This document shows, piece by piece, positions 10,767-21,241 of a DNA stretch of 64,000 nucleotides. A model generated the notes under the pieces. The model worked only from the letters and a program-made list of their open reading frames with translations. It ran no database searches and was not told the DNA's origin. Numbering within the stretch: position 1 is the stretch's first letter; each line of letters begins with the position of its first letter. The stretch lies in contig BLSG01000454.1 in NCBI GenBank assembly GCA_012862495.1, forward strand, positions 1 to 64,000. The letters run 5' to 3'. Origin of the DNA: Thraustochytrium aureum (lineage: Eukaryota). A program made the position numbers and the translations under genes.

Positions 10767-11382
10767 CGCCTCGGCGTTTTCGAACAACCCGTGCACGGGT
10801 TTTGGCGTTCAGGCGCTGCGCGCACAGTGGTCGGGAGGGGGGCGAGACCGAGCACTCGCCGACTCGCCCTTCGCTGGTCTCGGCTCGTCGTTGACCTCTG
10901 GCAGCTCTAGAGCCTGCTGGAGCCCGTACGTATTTGGTGGTGTCGATTCCTCCGGATCTGCCGCCCCTTCTGCTCCTACTATAGTCTTCGGCCTGCTTGA
11001 TATTGCCGCACCTCTTTCCTTGCCTTTCTTGGAGACACCCAAAATGTCGACACCAAAAAAAATGCTGGCACCAAAATACCATGGTGCAACCCTGCGCTGG
11101 CGGGAGGCGCGCTTGTGAATGGGCCGCCTCGGACCTTGATCGCCGACGCGCGCAGTTGCGCTTTCAAGAAAAGCCCATCGGCTGCACAGGTCGATGGTCT
11201 TTGCTCGTGCTGCTCATTGATCCGCTCCATCTCGAAACGCCGAGCCTGATAAAAGGCGTGCGCGCTTGGCGGATGTCCCAACTCCCTGTCTACTCGTGCG
11301 CTTGAACCTACTTGGAGGATCTCTCTATCTCTCTATCTGGGCGGGCGGACGGCACTTGGCTGCGGGTCTTTCCCGCGGCCCT

Positions 11383-12051
11383 TCACCTCCCACATGCCAG
11401 CGTCTGTTCGCCAGTTAATTGCCAGCGCCAGCTTCGATGTGGGCCACTGCCAACGTGACCTCGAGCACCAACGCATCGGCGCGCACACGCAAATGCGAGC
11501 GCCTCGGGGACTCCCGCCAGCTTCAACGCCTCGTACATAGTGGGTGCGTGTTCTGGCGCAGCGCGCTCGCAAACCCGGTGGACCGTATCGTAGGTGACCG
11601 CAGAGGCGCCTACACCACACTTGGACATGATCCGGAGGATCCGGGCCGCCAAGCGCCACTCGCCAAGCGGGACGCAGGCGTCCAGCACGGCATTAAATAC
11701 GCCAACCGTGGGGCAAAACCCACGGCGACTCATCTCCTCAACAACCCGGAGCGCCTGAAACGAGTTGCTCGGCGAGGCGTTCTTGCACGCCGCAATCATC
11801 AAGCGAAACGTCCCTGTCGAGACCCTGGCTGGGATCCGGCGCCCGAGCGAGTTGTACACCGCGAACGAGACGTGCCACAGCCCGTGCTCCGAAGACGCGC
11901 GCAAGAGCTCCAAGTACCGACGCACCACTTCAGACTCTGTGTGCTGGTTCACCGGAACCTGCTCGGCAGTTTCGAGGTCGATCAAGAGCTCGTCCGCGAC
12001 GTCATACCCCGGCGATGCATTCCCTCGCGTTGAGCGTTTCCGCGGAGCCAT
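11383..12051 (-). CDS. Small pentatricopeptide-repeat (PPR) protein
   Basis: PPR-like motifs TFRLMIAACK..ALRVVEEMSRRGFCP and VFNAVLDACVPLGEWRLAARILRIMSKCGV. Start taken at ATG 12051; an upstream extension into the gap is possible. Confidence 0.7.
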   Translation of the reverse strand: MAPRKRSTRGNASPGYDVADELLIDLETAEQVPVNQHTESEVVRRYLELLRASSEHGLWHVSFAVYNSLGRRIPARVSTGTFRLMIAACKNASPSNSFQALRVVEEMSRRGFCPTVGVFNAVLDACVPLGEWRLAARILRIMSKCGVGASAVTYDTVHRVCERAAPEHAPTMYEALKLAGVPEALAFACARRCVGARGHVGSGPHRSWRWQLTGEQTLACGR

Positions 12052-13405
12052 AGTCGCCGAGACGCCATATGCGGCGGCGTTGCTCCGCACAGCTTCGTCT
12101 GCGGCGCCCTCGTTCGGCCTTTGCCAGCGGCGCCGACGAGACTGGGGCTCAACTGCACGGAGTTGCATCGATTTGAATTGGTTGATTNNNNNNNNNNNNN
12201 NNNNNNNNNNNNNNNNNNNNNNNNNNNNNNNNNNNNNNNNNNNNNNNNNNNNNNNNNNNNNNNNNNNNNNNNNNNNNNNNNNNNNNNNNNNNNNNNNNNN
12301 NNNNNNNNNNNNNNNNNNNNNNNNNNNNNNNNNNNNNNNNNNNNNNNNNNNNNNNNNNNNNNNNNNNNNNNNNNNNNNNNNNNNNNNNNNNNNNNNNNNN
12401 NNNNNNNNNNNNNNNNNNNNNNNNNNNNNNNNNNNNNNNNNNNNNNNNNNNNNNNNNNNNNNNNNNNNNNNNNNNNNNNNNNNNNNNNNNNNNNNNNNNN
12501 NNNNNNNNNNNNNNNNNNNNNNNNNNNNNNNNNNNNNNNNNNNNNNNNNNNNNNNNNNNNNNNNNNNNNNNNNNNNNNNNNNNNNNNNNNNNNNNNNNNN
12601 NNNNNNNNNNNNNNNNNNNNNNNNNNNNNNNNNNNNNNNNNNNNNNNNNNNNNNNNNNNNNNNNNNNNNNNNNNNNNNNNNNNNNNNNNNNNNNNNNNNN
12701 NNNNNNNNNNNNNNNNNNNNNNNNNNNNNNNNNNNNNNNNNNNNNNNNNNNNNNNNNNNNNNNNNNNNNNNNNNNNNNNNNNNNNNNNNNNNNNNNNNNN
12801 NNNNNNNNNNNNNNNNNNNNNNNNNNNNNNNNNNNNNNNNNNNNNNNNNNNNNNNNNNNNNNNNNNNNNNNNNNNNNNNNNNNNNNNNNNNNNNNNNNNN
12901 NNNNNNNNNNNNNNNNNNNNNNNNNNNNNNNNNNNNNNNNNNNNNNNNNNNNNNNNNNNNNNNNNNNNNNNNNNNNNNNNNNNNNNNNNNNNNNNNNNNN
13001 NNNNNNNNNNNNNNNNNNNNNNNNNNNNNNNNNNNNNNNNNNNNNNNNNNNNNNNNNNNNNNNNNNNNNNNNNNNNNNNNNNNNNNNNNNNNNNNNNNNN
13101 NNNNNNNNNNNNNNNNNNNNNNNNNNNNNNNNNNNNNNNNNNNNNNNNNNNNNNNNNNNNAGCGATGCTGGTGCCGTCGCTGCGTGATCGAGTAGGCGCG
13201 GTATGCCGTCGCGGATGAGCTGTGGGCGAGTTGCGGTTGGCTTTGCTCGGTTTGGCGGGCGGGGTGAATGTTGGTTGTTTTTTGCAGGTCAAGTCGTGTC
13301 TACTCACTGTGCAGGCACGCCGATCAGGCTGTCTCCAGCCCTCACGGTTTGCGCCCCACTCCGTCAAGCTCACGTTACGACACCCCGAAGACCTCAGGAA
13401 ACCAC

Positions 13406-14626
13406 TCACGACACCTGGAAGACCCCAGGAAACCAAAAGGGCAGCACTGCGATGAGTGGGCCCATGTACATGGAGCCCATGATGAGCGACGCCGGGAGAG
13501 CCAAGCCATAAGGATCAGCGTATTCCCCCCGCACGCGGAAAATAATGTAATAGGTCAGGACGCTGTTGAGCAGAGAGATGCCAGTCATGGCCGTGAAACG
13601 AACCGGTAGACGTGACCGCGAAAAAGTCGGCCTGTTCTGGTACACCTTTCGATCAAGGCACACGGATGTTGCCACCGCGCATATGCAGCAGACGATGGCG
13701 AGCGCTAACGAGACGAACAGGTTGGAAACTGGAAGGCCCGTCACAAAGTGGAGCGCGTAGGGCGGTAAAGTCAGAGCGCCAGTGACGAGTCCCGCAAAAC
13801 CCACTCCGAGCAAACAGCTCCTGAGCCTCGCAGAATCCGGCAAGACGGCATCCAAAATGACGGAGACGATAGCAGAAACGAGTCCGACAGAGACTAGGGC
13901 CAAGAAACAGGCCCCAGCAACCAGAAAGGCCCAAACTATGGAGACAACATACTCGATTGAGGCAGCCGTGCCAGGGTCCGGCACTCTGGCTCGCAGGAAG
14001 GAAACGAGCGCAACCTGGGAAAGCACGATCAGGAGCGTCGGGCCGACGACTACGCCAAGCATGCAGGCGCCAAGCGAACAACAGCCAGAATCTCCGAAAT
14101 CGTCAAAGTCGGCGAGCCGGTTGGCGTGCGAGCCGGCCAACGAGCCTATCCTGCTCTTAAACATGTAGGCGAACTTGGCGAGGACTGTGCCTTCCTCGTT
14201 GGTGATGTTTAGCGTCTTGCCCCGGCACAACGGGCACTTGCGATGCCGCGCGACGCCGTCAAGGCAGTCCTCGTCGCTGCAGGCCACCATGTGCCCGCAG
14301 GGCTCGACGCGGTTGGTAGCCGGCTCCGACAGGCAAATCACGCAAACGTCCACCGCAAAGTCGTCGCCCAGGTCGTTGAGCACCGCGCTCGGGGCCTGCT
14401 TGCTGTGCTTGCTGCGCTTCCCCGACCCGGCACTAGCCAGCGTCGAGCGCGGCCTTTGGGGTCTGGCCGGCTTGACAGCCACAGCGACCTCTCCATCGAG
14501 CTCCTGGTCAGGCCTCCCTGCCGCATGACCGAGCTCCATGTCAAGCCGCGCGCTGTCCTCGAGTCCTTCGGCTTTCAACCTTCGGGGCGGCCGATGCGCA
14601 TTCGGGTTTTGGGGTTGTTGCGCCAT
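13406..14626 (-). CDS. RING finger + multi-pass membrane protein, array copy 1
   Basis: CVICLSEPATNRVEPCGHMVACSDEDCLDGVARHRKCPLCR followed by ~6 hydrophobic segments and the motifs LTYYIIF, DPYG, SLIMG, LPFWFPGVF. Confidence 0.85.
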   Translation of the reverse strand: MAQQPQNPNAHRPPRRLKAEGLEDSARLDMELGHAAGRPDQELDGEVAVAVKPARPQRPRSTLASAGSGKRSKHSKQAPSAVLNDLGDDFAVDVCVICLSEPATNRVEPCGHMVACSDEDCLDGVARHRKCPLCRGKTLNITNEEGTVLAKFAYMFKSRIGSLAGSHANRLADFDDFGDSGCCSLGACMLGVVVGPTLLIVLSQVALVSFLRARVPDPGTAASIEYVVSIVWAFLVAGACFLALVSVGLVSAIVSVILDAVLPDSARLRSCLLGVGFAGLVTGALTLPPYALHFVTGLPVSNLFVSLALAIVCCICAVATSVCLDRKVYQNRPTFSRSRLPVRFTAMTGISLLNSVLTYYIIFRVRGEYADPYGLALPASLIMGSMYMGPLIAVLPFWFPGVFQVS

Positions 14627-15931
14627 TGCACATCGATCAACGCGTACAAGGACGATGCTGTCACGGAGCCGCGGACAGACGCGGTCTCCCTCTCGCTCGC
14701 CAGGCAACTGCAACCCAGCGCAGAGCACGAAAGAAACGCGCATACTCAGGCTTGAGAAGGGAGTGGGTGTCTTTTGCGAAAGGCCGAGCAGTGCAGTGAC
14801 GCGCGTGCGTCGTTGCTCTTCGGGAGGTGGGGGGTGGAGGAGGTGGAGTCAGATGCCCACCGTCACCAGCGTGCGTGACGAGTCACGGGACACGCCTCCG
14901 TCGTTGGAGGAGGCCAACGCGCCACGCACCTGCTCACAGAGGGAGGGAACTCGGGCCACCTNNNNNNNNNNNNNNNNNNNNNNNNNNNNNNNNNNNNNNN
15001 NNNNNNNNNNNNNNNNNNNNNNNNNNNNNNNNNNNNNNNNNNNNNNNNNNNNNNNNNNNNNNNNNNNNNNNNNNNNNNNNNNNNNNNNNNNNNNNNNNNN
15101 NNNNNNNNNNNNNNNNNNNNNNNNNNNNNNNNNNNNNNNNNNNNNNNNNNNNNNNNNNNNNNNNNNNNNNNNNNNNNNNNNNNNNNNNNNNNNNNNNNNN
15201 NNNNNNNNNNNNNNNNNNNNNNNNNNNNNNNNNNNNNNNNNNNNNNNNNNNNNNNNNNNNNNNNNNNNNNNNNNNNNNNNNNNNNNNNNNNNNNNNNNNN
15301 NNNNNNNNNNNNNNNNNNNNNNNNNNNNNNNNNNNNNNNNNNNNNNNNNNNNNNNNNNNNNNNNNNNNNNNNNNNNNNNNNNNNNNNNNNNNNNNNNNNN
15401 NNNNNNNNNNNNNNNNNNNNNNNNNNNNNNNNNNNNNNNNNNNNNNNNNNNNNNNNNNNNNNNNNNNNNNNNNNNNNNNNNNNNNNNNNNNNNNNNNNNN
15501 NNNNNNNNNNNNNNNNNNNNNNNNNNNNNNNNNNNNNNNNNNNNNNNNNNNNNNNNNNNNNNNNNNNNNNNNNNNNNNNNNNNNNNNNNNNNNNNNNNNN
15601 NNNNNNNNNNNNNNNNNNNNNNNNNNNNNNNNNNNNNNNNNNNNNNNNNNNNNNNNNNNNNNNNNNNNNNNNNNNNNNNNNNNNNNNNNNNNNNNNNNNN
15701 NNNNNNNNNNNNNNNNNNNNNNNNNNNNNNNNNNNNNNNNNNNNNNNNNNNNNNNNNNNNNNNNNNNNNNNNNNNNNNNNNNNNNNNNNNNNNNNNNNNN
15801 NNNNNNNNNNNNNNNNNNNNNNNNNNNNNNNNNNNNNNNNNNNNNNNNNNNNNNNNNNNNNNNNNNNNNNNNNNNNNNNNNNNNNNNNNNNNNNNNNNNN
15901 NNNNNNNNNNNNNNNNNNNNNNNNNNNNNNN

Positions 15932-16903
15932 GCGCTTCTCGAACAGAACGTAGTAGGTCAGGTATGCTGTAAGAATTGAGAAGCCGGCGCCGATTAAAGC
16001 GCTCAAAATGGCCTTCCGCCTTCTTGACCTGGGCTCCTCAGCTCGCATGTCTTCGGCGTCCCCTCTCAGCAAAACCAGCACAACACTTTCAGCGTTCCTG
16101 CAACCGATCCATATCCCTACCATGACGTAAACGTTGACCACTGGGACATCAGCGATTGCAGCCACAGTAAATATCGGCGCGGTCAGGACACCAACGAGGC
16201 AACCCAGAAAAATGGGAAAACTGACCCATGGCGACATGTCCTCTCCCTCAGCCCTTGGCGCGCCTCGGAGAGCGGCGAGACTGATGGTGCCTATAACGAG
16301 GAACACGCCCAAAGAAGCGCCGAAGGCGCCGGCCATGACCTGCAGGGCATTTTTGAGAGCAATGCCTGCGTCGAGAGTGTCGACCGTATCGGGGTCTCCG
16401 ATTCTGGATTTCATGTACGAGATGGCGATGAACTGCGAGAGGAACAGGACGATGATCGGGAACGCAACGCCAAGCATGCAGAAGCAATTGCCGACCTGCG
16501 CGGCGCCAAATTCAGGATCCCGTCTGCTGCTGCCACTGGCTCCTCCGCCTGCGCCACCGGTCTCAGTCCCATCGCCTCCATCGCCTGCGCTTCTCCCTAC
16601 AGAGCTGCTGGCACTCTGAAGTAGGGCGGCTATCTTTAGCAATATGTTGCCCTCGTGGTTGCGCACGTTTGCCGCTGGCACTCGGCAGAGGGGGCACTTG
16701 CCGTGGGCTGCAACGCCACCCAAGCAGGCCGGATTGTCGCAGGCGACAAGGTGCCCGCACGGCTCAAGGCGGTTCGTTGCTGGCTCGCTCAGGCAGATCA
16801 CGCAAACGTCTTCCGTTTCCGCCTGGCCGGGGTCGGCCGCCACGTCGACTTGAATAGCGACCTCGTCTCCGTCGGGGGCATCCTCTGCCTTCGAGCCCGC
16901 CAT
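15932..16903 (-). CDS. RING finger + multi-pass membrane protein, array copy 2 (3' end in gap)
   Basis: CVICLSEPATNRLEPCGHLVACDNPACLGGVAAHGKCPLCR, TM segments, and AYLTYYVLFEKR at the gap edge. Confidence 0.85.
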
Positions 16904-17980
16904 GCTGCGTTCGGCGGCAGCCGCCGACAGTCCCAGAAAGCAATCGAGCTGGAGCGACTACCGCACGGAGAGCTGCGTTGCGGTGGTGAGGCCACCGAGC
17001 GGGCGAGTCGCGGCCAGTCAAGATCACGGCAAGCCACCACGACTTGCGCCAGCCGGCCCAGACCGCGCAGCGCCGCCAGCTCGGGGTCTCCGAGTCAACA
17101 ATCGACAATCGAGACTGGGCTCACCGGTATCCCGCGTCGCACAGGAGCACCGCCAGCGAGCGCCTGCTTGCCACGTGCGATGTTTGGCGAGCCAGTTGGC
17201 ACGCACAGTGTGCATCCTCAAACCCGCACATGGACACCACTCGAGTACTCTACTTCGCTGTGGCCTGGCCGAATGTACCTACTCGCCGGAAGCTGACGAT
17301 CACTGGCGCAGCTCCACGCGCGCGAGAAGCGCCTTCGCGGAGGAGGGCCTATTGTGGAGGGCGAGCGAGCTAGAGCTGCGGCCAGGTCCGCCGACGCTCA
17401 TCAAGCAACTCGGCATAGAATGAGCAGGTCAGAGCAGGGTCTGCGACAAGCCTCTCCGAGTCGTGCGAGCTTGACGCGCAGGAAACGCTCGAGGAGGACC
17501 TAGCAGCCAGTCCCCAGGCCAGGCTGGAGCCTGCCGGTGCGTGTTCGAGTACTCCAGAGCACAGGCTTCGTGCGGGAAGGGCGTCGCCCTCGGACCGCGA
17601 GCGAGTTGGTAGGTGGGCGAAGTGAGATAGCTAGCTAGTGTCGCACGGCTTCGCGTCGCCAAACCCGCTTGACCCCCTCGCCCGCGCTAGGTACCCACCA
17701 CCAAACTCGTCATCATCATGATCACGCAGCCGCAGCATGTTGGTTCACAGCCACCACGTACTACCTAAGTAGCGCCACACGGAAGAGGGACCGGAGTGGG
17801 CCTGGACGGGCAACCCACCGTGGGTGCAAGGCGAATTGACATGAGGAGATCTTTGTGTTTTGCTCCTCCGAGTCGAAGCAGCAGACCCGAGTTGACATCG
17901 AGATTGCGCACCAGACCAAAACAGGTCGCTCGGACAGAGTGCTCTCTCTACCTAAGGGGACCCACGTTTCGAGCAAGCAC

Positions 17981-18775
17981 ATGAGCATGGGCCGCAACCG
18001 CACGGCTGCCTGGGCGTGGCACGACAAGCCGCATTTGCAGTGCCTGTTTTGCCACCGGAAAGCAGTGCACAACCTTTACACCTGCGTGGAGCGCGCGCTT
18101 TGGGGAGTCGCCAACAAGAGGCAGCCCGAAGGGACGCACGGGGTTTACCTGAGATGCCCAGCGAGCGCGACGCACAAGTGCCAGAAGTGTTTTGTCGCCA
18201 CTGAAATTGGGTACGAAAACCTCGCAGATCACCTTTTGCGGAACGAAGATCACATGGCTGTCAGCGACGAGCACAAGACGCTGCTGCTGAGGAGCAGCGA
18301 CGCCTTTGTGACGGTAGCGCGCACGCTTGGCCTCTTCCGCGCCCAGGTAAACGTTCCCGGTGAATATCCGCCTGGGCTCCCAGGCGATCCGCACGGCGTG
18401 CTTGGCTACGGTTTGCCACCAGCCGAGCCGCCGAGCGCTCGGCATGCTAGCCCAAGCGTGGCGGCCGCAGAGGCCGTTGCTCGACCGGCCGCAGAGCTCC
18501 CGCACAAACGCGTCGCGCCCGCGGCTAGCAGCACGACCGAGACTCCTCCCGGCCGGCGAGTTTCTGCGAGCTTCTATGACTCGGAGGTCCGCAGCGACGA
18601 GGATTGCCGCAGTCTCGCACGGAGCGATCCAGACGAAAGCGACGCGCAGAGCAAAATCGAGTACGTCTCGAGCCCGGAAGGGGAGCCAGAGTCTGAGCTC
18701 GGGTCGGATTCCGAGTCCGATTACGGCGAGCTCCTGGGCGGCAAGCCCTGCAAGAGGCGCAGAATACTCCTGTAG
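17981..18775 (+). CDS. Hypothetical zinc-finger protein (BED/C2H2-like) with acidic tail and C-terminal basic NLS-like motif
   Basis: AAWAWHDKPHLQCLFC and KCQKC..NLADHLLRNEDH; ends KPCKRRRILL. Confidence 0.5.
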   Translation: MSMGRNRTAAWAWHDKPHLQCLFCHRKAVHNLYTCVERALWGVANKRQPEGTHGVYLRCPASATHKCQKCFVATEIGYENLADHLLRNEDHMAVSDEHKTLLLRSSDAFVTVARTLGLFRAQVNVPGEYPPGLPGDPHGVLGYGLPPAEPPSARHASPSVAAAEAVARPAAELPHKRVAPAASSTTETPPGRRVSASFYDSEVRSDEDCRSLARSDPDESDAQSKIEYVSSPEGEPESELGSDSESDYGELLGGKPCKRRRILL

Positions 18776-18919
18776 AGGCAGTTCTGGGCTAGTCTGAACG
18801 GCTGCAGACTGCTCCAGTGTAACATCAAGAAGCGTCCGTGCATGAGTGGACAAAGCAAAATTTATGTTTCAATTTTGACAGCCAGAGCCAGACACGGCCG
18901 GAGCTTGCCCGGCGGTGGG

Positions 18920-20167
18920 CTAGGCTGCTACAAACACGGTCGGGAAGAGGAAGGGCAGCAGTGCCACAAGCGAGCTCATCCTGAAGGCGCCAAGGATGAG
19001 CGAGACGTTGCACGCAACACCGTACGGGTCCTTTACAGCTTGCCGCCGCTCGAAAAGAACCGTGTAAGTCAGGTATGCCGCGAGGATGGAGGTGGCAAAA
19101 TCGACGAGAATACCACACGGAAACTTGAGGCGCGAGTGGATCCCTCGTCGGGCCTCCGTCTCCGCGTCGCTGGCCGTCAACTTGAGAAGAATTGAAGCAA
19201 TCCAGCAGCCCACGGTGATGCCAAACCCGATGAATATGTTGGCCACCGGGACACCGGAAACCGCAGCTGCCGTGTACATAGGGGCAGTGAAAAGGCCGAC
19301 CACGACGACGATCCCGACCACGCCGCAAGTTAAAATCCCGCACGCGCAAAAGCACCAAAGCTGTTCTGCGATTTTCGACATGTTCGACGCAAACGAAATT
19401 TCCGGCTGTGCTACGCTGCTGGTGCAGACGAGGATCAAAACGCCCCCGAGGACGACCGCAATCGCAACACCAAAGAAACCTGCAGTGACCTCTAGGACAC
19501 GCTTGATAGCGGTTCCCTGGTCGATCGCGGCGACGGCGGCAGCGTCTGTGACGTGACTGTTCAGGTACCAGACGACCACGAGCTGTGAGCACGGCATGAG
19601 AATTAACAGAATGCATATGGCGGCGATGAATCCAGCGAGACTGTCGCAGGCTTGGTCAATTTCGTCAACCGCATTGTTGTCCCGGTTGGCGTTGCTGCTC
19701 TCGCTGTTGGCCCCGTTGGCGCTGCTTTCGCTGCTAACGCCGTTGGCGCTGCTTTCGCTGCTAACGCCGTTGGCGCTGCTTTCGCTGGTAACGCCATTAG
19801 TGCTTCTGCCGCCGCTGCTGTTTACGCTGTCGCTGTCGCTATCGCTGCTTGAATCAATCAGTAGGTTGAAGAGCATGCTCAAAAAGCTGAATGGGGAAGA
19901 CTCCTCGAACGCATTGCCGTTTTCGTTGCGCACGACTACGGCCGTCGCGCGGCAGAGCGGGCACTTGCGGTGCTCCGTAACGATCTTGAGGCACCGGTCA
20001 TTGTTGCATGCGACCAGATGCCCGCAGGGCTCGATTCTGTTTCTTGCCGGCTCTGTCAAGCAGATAACACACACAGTCACCGACGCGGCCTCCGCCTCCG
20101 GCGCCTCCGCCTCGTGGAGGTCGCCGAGCTCCACAACGACGTCGTCTGTGCCCCCGTTAGCCAACAT
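18920..20167 (-). CDS. RING finger + multi-pass membrane protein, array copy 3
   Basis: CVICLTEPARNRIEPCGHLVACNNDRCLKIVTEHRKCPLCR; 9-aa linker repeats; AYLTYTVLFERR, DPYG, LPFLFPTVF. Confidence 0.88.
   Translation of the reverse strand: MLANGGTDDVVVELGDLHEAEAPEAEAASVTVCVICLTEPARNRIEPCGHLVACNNDRCLKIVTEHRKCPLCRATAVVVRNENGNAFEESSPFSFLSMLFNLLIDSSSDSDSDSVNSSGGRSTNGVTSESSANGVSSESSANGVSSESSANGANSESSNANRDNNAVDEIDQACDSLAGFIAAICILLILMPCSQLVVVWYLNSHVTDAAAVAAIDQGTAIKRVLEVTAGFFGVAIAVVLGGVLILVCTSSVAQPEISFASNMSKIAEQLWCFCACGILTCGVVGIVVVVGLFTAPMYTAAAVSGVPVANIFIGFGITVGCWIASILLKLTASDAETEARRGIHSRLKFPCGILVDFATSILAAYLTYTVLFERRQAVKDPYGVACNVSLILGAFRMSSLVALLPFLFPTVFVAA
19690..19800 (-). repeat. 27-bp coding minisatellite (ANGVSSESS)n in the RING-TM copy 3 linker
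   Basis: ccgttggcgctgctttcgctgctaacg units, about 4 copies. Confidence 0.85.
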
Positions 20168-20724
20168 GCTGCAGCCTCGATCGATGCCAGCGCTCCTATC
20201 GATCCTTTCAAGCCTGACGCTGTTCAGGGACTACTGTGCGCTGCTGCGTGGGCCGCCAGCGCCTCGAGCACGAACAGGACTTGTGAGCAGTGGCACGTCT
20301 TTCTCGCGACTCACCCGTAGTAGTAGTGCAATTGCTGTAGTTCAGCAATGGGGCGAGTGACCAGAAAGCAAGCAGCCTGGAGAGTCTCGCGCTCGTGCAA
20401 TGCGTTCGAGTTGGGAGCTTGTTCTGCACGACTCGGAGAGGAGTCGGCTTGGGAGTGGGAGTGGTGCGTTGCGCAACTCGCTGCCTTGCGGTGTGCGCTT
20501 TCAGTCTTGAAGCAAGAGTACTCTACTCGGTACTGAGAGAGTAGGCCTACTTACAGTAGTACTGCGTCGATGGCAGGTTCACGCGTTGCGCGCTCGGAGC
20601 GCAGCGCTGACTGAATGCCTTGTCTGGTCGGTGGAGCAATCAGCTTGCCTACTTAGCGAACGGAAGCTGCAACTCTGATGGGAAGGGGACAACCGCGACG
20701 GCACCCAGGACGAACGAAACGCGG

Positions 20725-20990
20725 TCCTTGTGACTTGGCGCTTGCCGAAAATGACCGGAACACCAGTGTTTGCAGCTGTCAACAGGCCCACGAAACAAGC
20801 CACGTCGATCAGCAGCGAGACGCCGCCTCTGCCAACAAGCCGCATGCTTGAGATGGGCGGTAGGGAAACCTTGTCAGCGCCGTGCATGCCTCGATGCTCA
20901 AGTTCGCAGTCGCCTTGCGCCACAGCGGGCTCCTGCGATGCTCTGCGACGCCCTTGATGCGCTCCCCGTTGCTGCAGCAGTCTTCCCGCA
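20725..20990 (-). pseudogene. Collapsed relic of a RING-TM array member
   Basis: Fragments CSNGERIKGVAEHRRSPLWRKATANL and DVACFVGLLTAANTGVPVIFGKRQV match copy 4 (CSNEECIKGVAEHRKCPLCRTKTANL; AVACFAGLLTAP..GVPVI..FEKRQV), with lost cysteines, large deletions and a frame change. Confidence 0.75.
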
Positions 20991-21241
20991 CACAACAGTT
21001 TTCAACTTGAGTGCCGCTTGATGCAACGCCGACGACGATGATTGCGAGCTGTACTTGATGCAACGCCGACGACGATGATTGCGAGCTGTACGGCTGCTCG
21101 GCTCTGCGATGTGCCAGAACCCTGGCAGTAGCAAGGCAAGGCGCGTCTCTGTTCGGGTTGCGAAGATAGTTGCTTTTGATTTCAAGATTTGGAGGATGGT
21201 AGAGTACCAAGACAGTCCAGGCGCAGCTTGCCTTGAGCAGC

